A stretch of 64,000 nucleotides of DNA from an uncultured bacterium (GTDB lineage Bacteria; Macinerneyibacteriota; Macinerneyibacteria; Macinerneyibacteriales; DSCS01), in contig CAZNOX010000005.1 of NCBI GenBank assembly GCA_964574875.1, positions 17,150 through 81,149 on the forward strand, written 5' to 3'. Numbering within the stretch: position 1 is the first letter of the stretch; every line of letters starts with the position of its first letter. Below are positions 45,394-55,345 of the stretch, in pieces. Both the position numbers and the translations under genes were made by a program. The notes beneath the pieces are model-generated. The model did no database searches, was not told the origin of the DNA, and worked only from the letters and a program-made list of their open reading frames with translations.

Positions 45394-45936
45394 ATGGCTT
45401 GGCGGGGCCTGTGTCCGGAGTGTACACCCCGTCCCCCGAGCAGGGGATGGTCACAGCGGCGCTGTCTCTACCAGTATGACGATACCATGGCTGCGCTGGT
45501 GCACAGGATGAAGTATGGAGGGGACCGGGCTCTGTTACGGGCCTTCTCCCGGAAGCTTGCTGATTTCTACAGGGAAACGTTCAGGGAGGGGGAGCACCAT
45601 GCGGTGGTCCCGGTCCCCCTGGCTTCGGCACGTCAACGGGCGAGAGGGTTCAACCAGGCTGAAGAACTGGCCGCTCTTTTACCAGGGAGAAACGGGGCGG
45701 GACTCCTGGAGCGGGTGAAGAAGACAAGGCCGCAGTCCTCACTGGGAAGTGTCCGGGAACGCCGCAGAAATATGAGTGGAGCGTTTTGTGTCACAGAGAG
45801 TGTCCGAGGGCTTCGTCTTCTTCTTGTGGATGATGTGGTGACCAGCGGGGCAACGGCAAAAGAGGCTGCCCTGGCGTTGAAAAGAGGCGGAGCGCAGCGC
45901 GTGGATCTTCTTGCTCTCTGCCTGGCAAGGAGTTGA
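45394..45936 (+). CDS. comF: ComF-family phosphoribosyltransferase-domain competence protein (minimal ATG-start call; conserved zinc ribbon extends upstream to about 45262)
   Basis: PRTase motif (LLLVDDVVTSGATAKEA). In-frame upstream sequence encodes the CxxC zinc-ribbon pairs (YCPLCGEK...CSPCLESL...CTRCGRP) with no ATG/GTG/TTG. Confidence 0.65.
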   Translation: MAWRGLCPECTPRPPSRGWSQRRCLYQYDDTMAALVHRMKYGGDRALLRAFSRKLADFYRETFREGEHHAVVPVPLASARQRARGFNQAEELAALLPGRNGAGLLERVKKTRPQSSLGSVRERRRNMSGAFCVTESVRGLRLLLVDDVVTSGATAKEAALALKRGGAQRVDLLALCLARS

Positions 45937-46833
45937 GTGATGGGTTTTACAGTTCGCCCCATGCGTCCCGGGGATAAAGAGGACGTCCGGAAGATGGTGG
46001 AGACCTTATGGGAAGGGCACGACTATCTTCCCGTCCTGTTTGACAGTTGGGTGAAAGACGACAAAGGGCTCTTTGTGGCCGTGGAATACCGCGGCCGTCT
46101 GGCAGGGTGTGCGAAACTGACCTGGCTCACGGATAAGGATGCCTGGCTTGAGGGGCTGCGTTCGGACATGGACCTCAAGACCAGGGGCATCGGACGGGCC
46201 ACTCTCGACTATATCATGCCCAGGCTGGCGGCTCACGACCCTGCAACTGTACGGTTTGCCACCTATTGGGGAAATATCGGCTCCATCAAGAACTCCGAGC
46301 GGTTCGGTTTTATCCGGGAAAAGGAGCTGAATGTCAAGTCAGCGGAGATCATCTCCGGGCAAGAGGGGAGATATCACGATGAGTACCGGCGGGTGGAGAG
46401 CGGCCGGGAGAAGCTGGACCTCCTGAGGCGGACAACGTTTTTTGACAAATGCGGAGGGTATATCATCGACGGCTGGCGTGTCTACCCGGTCAAGGAGGAG
46501 GTCTTTCCCCTCTTTTGCACCGACAGACGGGAATTCAGGAGCCTGGGGAACAGCGGAGGGGACTTTCTCTCCTTTGCCCCGGACTACCGGCCCGGAGAGG
46601 TCAAACTCACCTGTTTTGAGTGTGCTCAAGTGAAAACAGGACGTGCGCTGCTCTCCTCGTTTCTCAGAGAGATGAGAGAAAGAGGGATCACTTACGTGGA
46701 AAGTGTGATCCCCGATGACCCTCTCATGAGGCATGTCTTCGCTTCAGAAGGCATGATCAGCTGGGAAAGGGAGCACGACTACTGGATCTATTCTTTTCCC
46801 CCGAAGCTTCTCAGGGAGCGTTATGGACAGTAG
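45937..46833 (+). CDS. GNAT-family N-acetyltransferase (two-domain)
   Basis: N-terminal GNAT fold (motif A-like RGIGRATL). 298 aa. GTG then ATG at 45937/45940. Confidence 0.6.
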   Translation: MMGFTVRPMRPGDKEDVRKMVETLWEGHDYLPVLFDSWVKDDKGLFVAVEYRGRLAGCAKLTWLTDKDAWLEGLRSDMDLKTRGIGRATLDYIMPRLAAHDPATVRFATYWGNIGSIKNSERFGFIREKELNVKSAEIISGQEGRYHDEYRRVESGREKLDLLRRTTFFDKCGGYIIDGWRVYPVKEEVFPLFCTDRREFRSLGNSGGDFLSFAPDYRPGEVKLTCFECAQVKTGRALLSSFLREMRERGITYVESVIPDDPLMRHVFASEGMISWEREHDYWIYSFPPKLLRERYGQ

Positions 46834-47470
46834 GATCCCACCGCCACTCTTAAGAGCGCCGAGGGAGGACGTGTCCATCGCCACAGGGTCGGCTTCACCC
46901 CCGTCCTCAGTCTTCATCCCGTTTTTCTTTCACGACGGCCGATGGGCTCTCCTTCTGGAAAAACGCACCGGGGGGATCTCCCACCCCGGCCAGTTTGCCT
47001 TTCCCGGGGGGCATTACGAAAAAGAGGACGGCTCCCTCCTGGCCACAGCTCTCCGGGAGACATCAGAAGAGATCGGTGTTCCCCTGAGTGCCCTTGAACC
47101 CGGCGGGAAAGTGGGGGTCGTGGTCAATCCCTGGGGAAAGGTGGTCCACGGATTCTGGGGATATCTCAACGCGGGAACTCTGGAAGACCTTCACCCCTCA
47201 ACCCGGGAAGTCGATTCCCTCTATCTCCTGCCTGTGAAAGAACTCGACTCGGCCTCCTCATTCCGGACAGCGGCCATGGAGTGGAGCGCCTCTCCAGCAG
47301 GAGGGACAGGCCTCACGTCCAGAGCCCGGACTGAGGCAGCGAAAACACTCCGGCATGAGATCGTCTCTTTTCACGCCTCGTTCGGTGTCATCTGGGGGAT
47401 CACAGGCCGATTTCTTCTCATGGTGCGCCAACTCCTGACCCGGGAAGGGGAGGACGTCAAAATCCCTTGA
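46823..47470 (+). CDS. NUDIX hydrolase (CoA pyrophosphatase-like)
   Basis: Nudix box (GGHYEKEDGSLLATALRETSEEIGV). Confidence 0.7.
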   Translation: MDSRIPPPLLRAPREDVSIATGSASPPSSVFIPFFFHDGRWALLLEKRTGGISHPGQFAFPGGHYEKEDGSLLATALRETSEEIGVPLSALEPGGKVGVVVNPWGKVVHGFWGYLNAGTLEDLHPSTREVDSLYLLPVKELDSASSFRTAAMEWSASPAGGTGLTSRARTEAAKTLRHEIVSFHASFGVIWGITGRFLLMVRQLLTREGEDVKIP

Positions 47471-47494
47471 CTTTTATGCCTGTTTCTTTACAAT
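47467..47494 (+). promoter_or_regulatory. Sigma70-like promoter upstream of ftsH (TTGACT-N16-TACAAT)
   Basis: Boxes at 47467-47472 and 47489-47494, 28 nt before the AAGGAGA SD and ftsH ATG. Confidence 0.45.
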
Positions 47495-47522
47495 TCATCA
47501 AAAGGATTAAGGAGAACTGTGC

Positions 47523-49340
47523 ATGAGTAAATTCAAAGATATCATGATATGGATCATACTCTTTTTTATTTTTATGCTGGCCTTCAGCTGGCTGAATAAA
47601 TGGCAGAAAAGCACAAAGACAGTCGAGATCACCTACAGTGAGTTCATTACCCAGGTGGAAGGGGGGAACGTGGCTTCCGTGGAGATCCAGGAGATGGATG
47701 TCTCAGGGATATTCAAAGAGCCTTTCCCCGACAAAGCCACGGAGTTCACCACAGTCATCCCGCTGGACCAGGCCAATACCATCGACCGTCTTCTGAGCCA
47801 GAATTCCGATATCAAGATCAAAAAACCGTCATCAGGAGACTTGAAGCTGTTTCTCATCTATGTTCTTCCCACGCTGATCTTTGTGGTCTTTTTCATCATG
47901 TTCCTGCGCAATATGCAGGGGGGGAACAATAAAGCCTTCTCGTTCGGGAAAAGCCGTGCCCGCATGATCGCCAAGGGCGAAGTCGGCGTGACGTTCAATG
48001 ATGTCGCCGGCTGTGAAGAAGCCAAGGAAGAGCTTGAAGAGATCATCGACTACCTGAAAGCGCCGTCCCGGTTCCAGAGGCTGGGCGGAAAGATCCCCAA
48101 AGGGGTCCTGCTTGTGGGCGCTCCCGGAACAGGGAAGACCCTCCTGGCCAAAGCCGTTGCAGGAGAGGCCAACGTGCCTTTTCTCTCGCTGAGCGGATCT
48201 GATTTTGTGGAGATGTTCGTCGGTGTGGGTGCAGCCCGTGTCCGCGACCTCTTTGAACAGGCCAAACGCGGGGCTCCTGCCATCATCTTCATCGACGAGA
48301 TCGATGCCGTGGGACGTTCACGTGGTTCCGGCCTGGGGGGAGGGCATGACGAACGGGAACAGACACTGAACCAGCTTCTCGTGGAGATGGACGGTTTCGA
48401 CACCAAGCTGGGCGTCATCCTCATCGCTGCCACCAACAGGCCCGATGTCCTTGACCCCGCCCTTCTGCGTCCCGGCCGGTTTGACCGTCAGGTGGTGATC
48501 GACCTGCCCGATGTGAAAGGGCGCGAAGAGATCCTCAAGGTCCATACGCGGTCCATCCCCGTCCATGCCGATGTCCGTCTTGATATCCTGGCGAAAGCGA
48601 CTCCCGGGATGAGCGGGGCTGACCTGGCGAATATGACCAATGAAGCGGCTCTTCTGGCTGCCCGTGAGAACAAGGAAGCGGTGGAGATGGAGGATTTCGA
48701 GGAGGCCAAAGACAAAGTCCTCATGGGAAAGGCGCGTAAAAGCCTGGTCATCACGGATGAGGAGAAGAAGCGGATCGCCTATCATGAATCCGGGCATGTC
48801 CTCATCGGGAAGCTGACAAAAAACGGAGACCCCATCCACAAAGTGACCATCGTCCCCAGGGGACGGGCTCTGGGTGTGACCCATTTTCTCCCTCTGGATC
48901 AGAAACATCTCTATACCAAAGATTACCTCACCGGACTCATGCAGCGCATTCTCGGAGGGAGGGCTGCTGAGGAGATCATCTTTAATGAATACAGCAGCGG
49001 AGCCTCAGATGACCTGGAACGCGTCACGGATATCGCACGGAAGATGGTCTCCAACTGGGGGATGAGCGATGAAGTGGGCCCCTTGACATTCGGCAAAAAA
49101 GAAGAGCATATTTTCCTGGGGCGCGATCTGGGAAGCACCCGGGATTTCAGTGAAAGCACTGCTGAAAAGATCGACAATTCCGTGAGCAAGATCGTGACAG
49201 AAGCGTATCGTGAAGCCAGGACCATCCTGGCGGAGAATAAAGAGGTGCTCATCAGGCTTGCAGAAGCTCTTCTGGAAAAAGAAGTCCTGGAAGCAGATGA
49301 GATCGACACTCTCATCCAGGGAGAGGAGAGTCATGGATAA
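47523..49340 (+). CDS. ftsH: ATP-dependent zinc metalloprotease FtsH
   Basis: Two N-terminal TM, AAA+ Walker A GAPGTGKT, Walker [17 protein letters not shown] (AYHESGHVL). Confidence 0.95.
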   Translation: MSKFKDIMIWIILFFIFMLAFSWLNKWQKSTKTVEITYSEFITQVEGGNVASVEIQEMDVSGIFKEPFPDKATEFTTVIPLDQANTIDRLLSQNSDIKIKKPSSGDLKLFLIYVLPTLIFVVFFIMFLRNMQGGNNKAFSFGKSRARMIAKGEVGVTFNDVAGCEEAKEELEEIIDYLKAPSRFQRLGGKIPKGVLLVGAPGTGKTLLAKAVAGEANVPFLSLSGSDFVEMFVGVGAARVRDLFEQAKRGAPAIIFIDEIDAVGRSRGSGLGGGHDEREQTLNQLLVEMDGFDTKLGVILIAATNRPDVLDPALLRPGRFDRQVVIDLPDVKGREEILKVHTRSIPVHADVRLDILAKATPGMSGADLANMTNEAALLAARENKEAVEMEDFEEAKDKVLMGKARKSLVITDEEKKRIAYHESGHVLIGKLTKNGDPIHKVTIVPRGRALGVTHFLPLDQKHLYTKDYLTGLMQRILGGRAAEEIIFNEYSSGASDDLERVTDIARKMVSNWGMSDEVGPLTFGKKEEHIFLGRDLGSTRDFSESTAEKIDNSVSKIVTEAYREARTILAENKEVLIRLAEALLEKEVLEADEIDTLIQGEESHG

Positions 49341-49905
49341 AGAGAAGATCCAGAAGGCTGTGAGGGATCTTCTGGAAGCCATCGGCGAGGATCCCGATCG
49401 GGAAGGGCTGGTGGCAACGCCCCGCCGTGTGGCGGACATGTATGAAGAGGTCTTCAGCGGCCTGAACAGAACCCAGGAAGAGCTGAAAAAGATCGTCGTG
49501 ACTTTTCATGCCAATTTTGATGAAGACGAGATGGTCATCGTCAAGGACATCCCCTTCTACTCCATGTGTGAACACCATCTTCTCCCCTTTTTCGGCAAGG
49601 CCCATGTGGCTTATATCCCCAAGGAAAACCGTGTGACAGGACTCAGCAAGATCGCCCGTGCCGTGGACCTCATCTCCAGGGCCCCTCAACTCCAGGAGCG
49701 CCTGACCACGACCATCGCCGACACCATCATGACCCTGGTGAACCCCCTCGGGGTCTTTGTCATCGTGGAGGCGGAGCATCTCTGCATGATCATGAGAGGA
49801 ATCAAAAAACCGGGTTCGAAAACCGTGACCTCGGCTATGAGAGGCGCCTTTAAGCGGAAGTCCACACGCGAAGAGGCCCTGTTCCTGATCAAAGGAGGGC
49901 ACTGA
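49333..49905 (+). CDS. folE: GTP cyclohydrolase I FolE
   Basis: FolE motifs ([19 protein letters not shown]). The ATG at 49333 with a GGAGAGGAG SD overlaps the ftsH stop; the track start 49210 is over-extended. Confidence 0.85.
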   Translation: MDKEKIQKAVRDLLEAIGEDPDREGLVATPRRVADMYEEVFSGLNRTQEELKKIVVTFHANFDEDEMVIVKDIPFYSMCEHHLLPFFGKAHVAYIPKENRVTGLSKIARAVDLISRAPQLQERLTTTIADTIMTLVNPLGVFVIVEAEHLCMIMRGIKKPGSKTVTSAMRGAFKRKSTREEALFLIKGGH

Positions 49906-49966
49906 CATCAATTTCCTGATCTATCTGCAGAATATTACCGTTCTCGATGTCCTGGATATCCTTATC

Positions 49967-50746
49967 GTGGCTTTTATTATCTATTATCTTCTGTTGACGT
50001 TCAAGGGCATCAAGGCTCTGCAGATGACCATCCTCCTGATGATCATCCTGCTGCTTTTCTTTGCAGCCCAATGGCTTCAGCTCCATATGCTGCACTACCT
50101 GAGCAGTCTGCTCCTGGTGATCTGGGGGATCTTTTTCCTTCTCATCTTCCAGCCTGAGTTCCGCAATATCCTGGCTAAAGTCTCCAAGCTGCCTCTTTTT
50201 GCCCTGATCATGCGTACCGCTGTCTCGGAAGAAGAGGCCTATATCAACGAGATCATCGAAGCGGTCATGGAGATGTCGTCACGGCGGATCGGTGCACTTA
50301 TCGTCTTTGAGCAGAATACAGATATCAGAAATTATATTGAAAATGCCGTCATCCTGGACGCTGCCGTGACACGGGAGCTGCTTGTGACTATTTTTTCATT
50401 GAACACGCCGCTTCACGACGGAGCTGTGGTGATCAGAAACGGACGCATTTACGCAGCGCGCTGTGTCCTTCCCCTTCCCGAAGGAGCGAACATCCCCAGA
50501 GAATTCGGGACACGGCACAGAGCTGCCGTGGGATTGAGCGAACTCACCGATGCCGGGGTCATCGTGATCTCAGAAGAGACAAAACGGATCTCCTTTGCCC
50601 ATCGCGGCCAGTTCCTCACCCGGGGGATGAAGAGGAATGAAGTCAAAGATGTCCTCTATGACCTTCTCATTGAGAAGGAGAGGCTGGGGCAGGAGACCCT
50701 GAAGGCGGAAAAAAGAGAGGAGAGCGATGGCAAAGAGACTCCGTAA
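49967..50746 (+). CDS. cdaA: Diadenylate cyclase CdaA (c-di-AMP synthase); GTG-start call, likely N-terminally extended to about 49907
   Basis: DAC domain motifs (LHDGAVVI, GTRHRAAVGLSE) and N-terminal TM helices. The conserved N-terminus (FLIYLQNITVLDVLDILIVAF) is encoded in-frame upstream of the GTG. Confidence 0.8.
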   Translation: MAFIIYYLLLTFKGIKALQMTILLMIILLLFFAAQWLQLHMLHYLSSLLLVIWGIFFLLIFQPEFRNILAKVSKLPLFALIMRTAVSEEEAYINEIIEAVMEMSSRRIGALIVFEQNTDIRNYIENAVILDAAVTRELLVTIFSLNTPLHDGAVVIRNGRIYAARCVLPLPEGANIPREFGTRHRAAVGLSELTDAGVIVISEETKRISFAHRGQFLTRGMKRNEVKDVLYDLLIEKERLGQETLKAEKREESDGKETP

Positions 50747-51647
50747 GACCTCTTCAGGGGTCTTTTTCAGGAATACCCTGTACAGGATCCTGGCTCTGGT
50801 CATTTCGCTGCTTCTCTGGTTTTCTCTTGTGCATAACCGGGTGGTGAAACAGGATTTCCGTCTTCCCGTCCGTTCTTCAGGGCTGAAGGAGAATCTGGTC
50901 ATCGCCTCCCTGGATCCCCCTGACGTCATCGTCCGTGTCCAGGCAACGGGAAGCGATATCATGAAGCTGAAGAGAAAAGACCTCTATTATGAAGTCAAAC
51001 TGGCGGGATTTGATAAAGGAAAATATGAGCTGGCCCTGGATAAGCGTAATATCATGGGGACGGAAAACCTGAGCCTCTTTCAGCTCCCTGAGCGTTATGA
51101 GTCCATCAGGGTGGTCATCGATGAAAAAGAGGAGAAGTTCGTTCCCATAAAGATCATGTCCAAAGGAGCACCGCCCAAAGGGTATAAACTCATGGAACCC
51201 ATGATCCTGACACCGTCTGTGGTGAAGATCCGCGGGCCGAAAAGTGTGGGGGTCATCGAGACCTATCCTGTGGATATCGAGGGAATGACTGAATCCGTCC
51301 GGAAGGAAGTCACACTTGATATCCCTGAAAACACCACTCTTCTCAGGGATGACAGTGACAAGATCTTTGCCCAGATCGAGATCGTCAAGCTCAAGACAGC
51401 CGAACTCAGTGATATCCCCGTCCGGATCAGCGGTCCCTATTCCCTGGTCTATCCCCGTGTCGTCTCCCTGAAATTCGAAGTCCCGGTCTCCATGGACACA
51501 AAGACTCTCCGGGACAGCATCACCGTCAGGCTGGACCTGAAGGGATACGAGAAGGGGACCTACAACCTTGTCCCCGAGATCGATCATCCCGATGCTGTGA
51601 GTCTCATCGATCTCGATCCCAGCAGCATTCAGGTCATCATTGAGTAA
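50727..51647 (+). CDS. cdaR: CdaR/YbbR-like regulator of CdaA
   Basis: N-terminal TM and repeated YbbR-like beta domains. Overlaps the cdaA stop as in other cdaA-cdaR operons. Confidence 0.7.
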   Translation: MAKRLRKTSSGVFFRNTLYRILALVISLLLWFSLVHNRVVKQDFRLPVRSSGLKENLVIASLDPPDVIVRVQATGSDIMKLKRKDLYYEVKLAGFDKGKYELALDKRNIMGTENLSLFQLPERYESIRVVIDEKEEKFVPIKIMSKGAPPKGYKLMEPMILTPSVVKIRGPKSVGVIETYPVDIEGMTESVRKEVTLDIPENTTLLRDDSDKIFAQIEIVKLKTAELSDIPVRISGPYSLVYPRVVSLKFEVPVSMDTKTLRDSITVRLDLKGYEKGTYNLVPEIDHPDAVSLIDLDPSSIQVIIE

Positions 51648-51652
51648 AACGG

Positions 51653-51681
51653 TTGAAAAAGAGCGCCCTTCATGATATGAT
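51653..51681 (+). promoter_or_regulatory. Sigma70-like promoter upstream of the STAS-pilB-pilC module (TTGAAA-N17-TATGAT)
   Basis: Boxes at 51653-51658 and 51676-51681. Confidence 0.45.
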
Positions 51682-51714
51682 ATAAGTGAAAAACCATGCG
51701 ATGAAAGGGGCTTT

Positions 51715-52305
51715 ATGGAAAAGCTTATCAAAGAGATAAAAGAGGCCGGAAAGGGAAAGAAGGTCACAGTCATCGCCCTGCAGGGATATCTCGACTCCGG
51801 GACAGCCAACATCCTTGTCCAGCGGTTTACCCGCCTTCTGGCTGAAGAGAAACTCCTTTTTGTCCTGGATATGTCAGATGTGGAATTCGTGGCCGCTGTG
51901 GGGTGGAACACCATCATCGGGATCGTAAACAATATCAAAGCGGGAGGCGGAGATATCAGGATCACAGCTCTTCGGAAGGATCCGGAAAAAGCCTTTCATC
52001 TTCTGGAGTATGACCTGGTCCTCTCCTATTACCGCGAGCCTGCAGATGCCGTGCTTTCCTATTATGACACCTCCATCTCCCCCACGGACATCCCCAATCT
52101 CAACATGGACACCGTTGAAGATTTCACAGATGTGAGACGCCTGTCCCTTTCGGAAAAAGTCCAGAGGATCCTGGTGACTTATCCCCGGATAAGCCTGCCG
52201 GAGATGAGAAAGCTTCTCCGGACTCCGGCATACGATTATACCAGGGTCTCGCTCTTTAAGCTCATGCTGGTCAAAGCCAGGACAGCCGGGATATCCGGCC
52301 GATAG
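51715..52305 (+). CDS. STAS-domain protein with C-terminal extension
   Basis: N-terminal roughly 110 aa STAS fold (VTVIALQGYLDSGTANIL...LLFVLDMSDVEFV) plus roughly 80 aa C-terminal helical region. Confidence 0.6.
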   Translation: MEKLIKEIKEAGKGKKVTVIALQGYLDSGTANILVQRFTRLLAEEKLLFVLDMSDVEFVAAVGWNTIIGIVNNIKAGGGDIRITALRKDPEKAFHLLEYDLVLSYYREPADAVLSYYDTSISPTDIPNLNMDTVEDFTDVRRLSLSEKVQRILVTYPRISLPEMRKLLRTPAYDYTRVSLFKLMLVKARTAGISGR

Positions 52306-52313
52306 GAGAGAAC

Positions 52314-54026
52314 ATGGCAGATCCGAAACGTTATAAGAATGTCTACTCACGGGTGGGGGAACTGCTCATCAGCAAAGGGCTGATCAATGAAGAGCAGCTG
52401 GAAAACGCCCTGGCCTATCAGAAAAAAGAGGGGATCAAACTGGGGAAGGCCATTATCGAACTCGGGCTTGTGGATAAGGACGATTTTCTTGCCGTCCTTG
52501 CTGAACAGCTCAACGTCGACCTGGTCACCCGGGATATGTTCGTCAATATCAGTCCTGATGTCGTCTATAAGATCCCCCGCGAAGTGGCCCAGAAATACAA
52601 CGTCCTTCCCATCAGGTATGATCAGAGGACAGACAAGCTTTATGTGGCTACGGAGCATCCTGAAGACATCATCCTCCTGGAAAATCTCAAAAGCATCGTC
52701 TCTATGAACATCGTCACCATGCTTGCCGATGCCGAAGACATCGCAGCCAGTATCGAGCGTCTCTATTCCGAGATACAGAAGGTCAAGGAGATCCAGATGC
52801 AGACAGAGGGGGAGATCTCCTTTGAAAAAGAGGAGGAGGGGGAACCCGAGATGGTGGTCTCGGAAGAAGATGAGGCTCCGGCGATACGCCTGGTCAACTA
52901 TATCCTCATCGAAGCCATCAACAAGAATGCCACAGACATCCATATCGAACCCTTTGAGTACATGCTGAAGGTCCGGTTCAGGATCGACGGAAAACTCCTG
53001 GAGATCGTCACTCCGCCCAAGAAGCTCCAGGCCGCCATCGTCTCCCGGATCAAGATCATTGCCAATATCAATATCGCCGAAAAGAGGATCCCCCAGGACG
53101 GACGGTTCTCTTTCCGGCATAAGAACTATAATGTGGATATCCGTGTCTCGACGCTTCCCACCAGTTACGGAGAGAAGATCGTCATGCGTATCCTCAACAA
53201 GTCCATGGGCCTGCTGGATGTGGAAAGTCTCGGGATCTCCAACAGGGCTCTCCCCCAGTTTATTGAAAACTTCCAGAAACCCTACGGCATCATCCTGGTC
53301 TCCGGCCCAACAGGGAGCGGGAAGACCACCACGATGTACGCTATTTTAAAAGAGCTGGTGAGTCCCGACAAGAACATCATCACCATAGAGGATCCCATCG
53401 AGTACAATATGGACAATGTCAACCAGGTCCAGGTCAATGAAAAAGCGGGACTGACCTTCGCCGCCGGCTTGCGCTCCATGCTCCGCCAGGATCCCGATGT
53501 GATCATGGTGGGGGAGATCCGGGACAAAGCCACAGCCGAGATCGCTGTCCGGGCCGCTCTCACAGGACACATGGTTCTCTCCACTATCCATGCCAACAAT
53601 GCTCCCGCCACGGTGGCCCGTCTTCTGGATATGGGGATCCCTCCCTATCTGGTGGGGTCTTCCCTCAATATGGTGGTGGCCCAGCGCCTGGTTCGGAGGG
53701 TCTGTGACAGCTGCAAAGAGGCTTATGTGGCTGACAACGAAGCTCTGGTGAAATACGGGTTGAAAAAAGAGACTGTCCTCCACCGGGGACAGGGCTGTCT
53801 GGCCTGCAACAATACAGGCTATTCCGGACGGGTGGGGATCTTCGAGGTTCTTTCCATCAGCAAAGCGCTGAGAAAGATGATCTACCGCAACGCCGATTCC
53901 GATGAACTGAAAGCGGAGGCTCTGAGTGAGGGAATGCTGCTCATGCGCGATGACGGCATGGAAAAAGTGGAGCGGGGCGTGACCACAGTGGAAGAGGTCT
54001 TCGCCGCCACATTCGGGGAAGAGTGA
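52314..54026 (+). CDS. Type II secretion/type IV pilus assembly ATPase (GspE/PilB family)
   Basis: N-terminal T2SE_Nter domain, Walker A GPTGSGKTTT, Walker B, His box, tetracysteine (CDSC...CLAC). Confidence 0.85.
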   Translation: MADPKRYKNVYSRVGELLISKGLINEEQLENALAYQKKEGIKLGKAIIELGLVDKDDFLAVLAEQLNVDLVTRDMFVNISPDVVYKIPREVAQKYNVLPIRYDQRTDKLYVATEHPEDIILLENLKSIVSMNIVTMLADAEDIAASIERLYSEIQKVKEIQMQTEGEISFEKEEEGEPEMVVSEEDEAPAIRLVNYILIEAINKNATDIHIEPFEYMLKVRFRIDGKLLEIVTPPKKLQAAIVSRIKIIANINIAEKRIPQDGRFSFRHKNYNVDIRVSTLPTSYGEKIVMRILNKSMGLLDVESLGISNRALPQFIENFQKPYGIILVSGPTGSGKTTTMYAILKELVSPDKNIITIEDPIEYNMDNVNQVQVNEKAGLTFAAGLRSMLRQDPDVIMVGEIRDKATAEIAVRAALTGHMVLSTIHANNAPATVARLLDMGIPPYLVGSSLNMVVAQRLVRRVCDSCKEAYVADNEALVKYGLKKETVLHRGQGCLACNNTGYSGRVGIFEVLSISKALRKMIYRNADSDELKAEALSEGMLLMRDDGMEKVERGVTTVEEVFAATFGEE

Positions 54027-54027
54027 T

Positions 54028-55278
54028 ATGCCTGAATACCGTGTGACCTATTTTGAACCTTCGGGGAAGAAGATCCGACAGAATATCTTCGCCGTAAACA
54101 GGGAAGAGCTTGTCTCCATGCTCAGGGACAAGGAGAAGACGATCCTGGATATCCATGAAAAAGGCGTCTCCTCCAAACCCTCTCTCATCGATTTTATCAA
54201 GAGCCTGAACAGGATCAATATTTCAGGGACTTCCGTGGATGCCACGACACTCATCATGTTTTCCCGGCAGCTGGGTTCCATGATCAGCGCAGGGCTCCCC
54301 ATCATGCAGTCCCTGGAGACACTCACCCGGGATGAGAAAAACCTGGAGTTCCGTGAGATATTAGGACGGGTCATCGATGATATCCGGGGAGGAGTCGCTT
54401 TTTCCGATTCCATTGCGAAATATCCCAAAGTCTTCAACCGTCTTTTTGTGAATATGATCAAGAGTGCCGAGGCCTCCGGAGGCCTTGATGTGACTCTTAT
54501 CAGTATCAGCGAATACATGGAGCGGCTCAAGGATATCAGCGACAAGATCAAATCGGCAACCCGGTATCCCCTCTTCGTCTTCTCGTTTATCATTCTGGCC
54601 ACATTGGGGGTCATGCTTTTTGTCATACCGAAGTTCAAGACCATCTATGCGGATATGGGCGCAAAACTTCCTCCCATCACACTTATGATCATGTCCGTCG
54701 CGGAGTTTATGCGGAAGAACTTCTTTTTCCTCCTCATCCTGATCATCGCCATTGTGGTCCTGATGAAGTACCTGATCAGGACCAACGAGACAGTCCGTTT
54801 TTATTATCACAAGTTTCTTCTCAAGTTTCCCAATCTCGGCCCCATCTACCAGATGGGGATCCTGGTGAATTTTTCAAAGACCTTCGGCCTGCTCATGACA
54901 GCAGGGATCAATATCCTCGAATCCATCGAACTGTCGCGGAACATCATCAACAATGAGATCTACAGACGTTCTCTTGATCGTGTGAGAAAGAAGATCCAGC
55001 AGGGATATACGATCTATGCCAGTATGCAGGAAGAGGGGTCCATCTATCCCTCCATTCTTGTGCAGATGGTGGGAACAGGTGAAGAGACCGGATCCCTGGA
55101 TGATATGCTGCTGAAATTCAACCAGTTTTATGACAATGAGATCAATAAGAAGGTGGATCGGATCAGTCAGATCATCGAGCCCATGCTGATCATCTTCATG
55201 GCTGTGGTGGTCCTTATCCTGACCCTGGCCATCTATATGCCCATCTTCTCCCTGGGTAAAGCCATGCAGGGCTATTGA
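54028..55278 (+). CDS. Type II secretion/type IV pilus platform protein (GspF/PilC family)
   Basis: Two T2SSF repeats, 3 TM helices. Immediately follows the ATPase. Confidence 0.8.
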   Translation: MPEYRVTYFEPSGKKIRQNIFAVNREELVSMLRDKEKTILDIHEKGVSSKPSLIDFIKSLNRINISGTSVDATTLIMFSRQLGSMISAGLPIMQSLETLTRDEKNLEFREILGRVIDDIRGGVAFSDSIAKYPKVFNRLFVNMIKSAEASGGLDVTLISISEYMERLKDISDKIKSATRYPLFVFSFIILATLGVMLFVIPKFKTIYADMGAKLPPITLMIMSVAEFMRKNFFFLLILIIAIVVLMKYLIRTNETVRFYYHKFLLKFPNLGPIYQMGILVNFSKTFGLLMTAGINILESIELSRNIINNEIYRRSLDRVRKKIQQGYTIYASMQEEGSIYPSILVQMVGTGEETGSLDDMLLKFNQFYDNEINKKVDRISQIIEPMLIIFMAVVVLILTLAIYMPIFSLGKAMQGY

Positions 55279-55296
55279 CCAGGGGCAAAAAACGGA

Positions 55297-55325
55297 TTGA
55301 TTTGCCCCGAAGGCTCCTGTATACT
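55297..55325 (+). promoter_or_regulatory. Sigma70-like promoter upstream of thyX (TTGATT-N17-TATACT), within a GGGGCAAA/TTTGCCCC hairpin
   Basis: Boxes at 55297-55302 and 55320-55325. An 8-bp hairpin overlaps the -35 region. Confidence 0.4.
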
Positions 55326-55345
55326 CGCTGAAAAAGGGGGTTCCC

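Noticed and set aside
55286-55312. GGGGCAAA-N10-TTTGCCCC hairpin after pilC considered as a terminator
   Set aside because: No following U-tract, and it overlaps the putative -35 of the thyX promoter. Reported only as part of the promoter feature.
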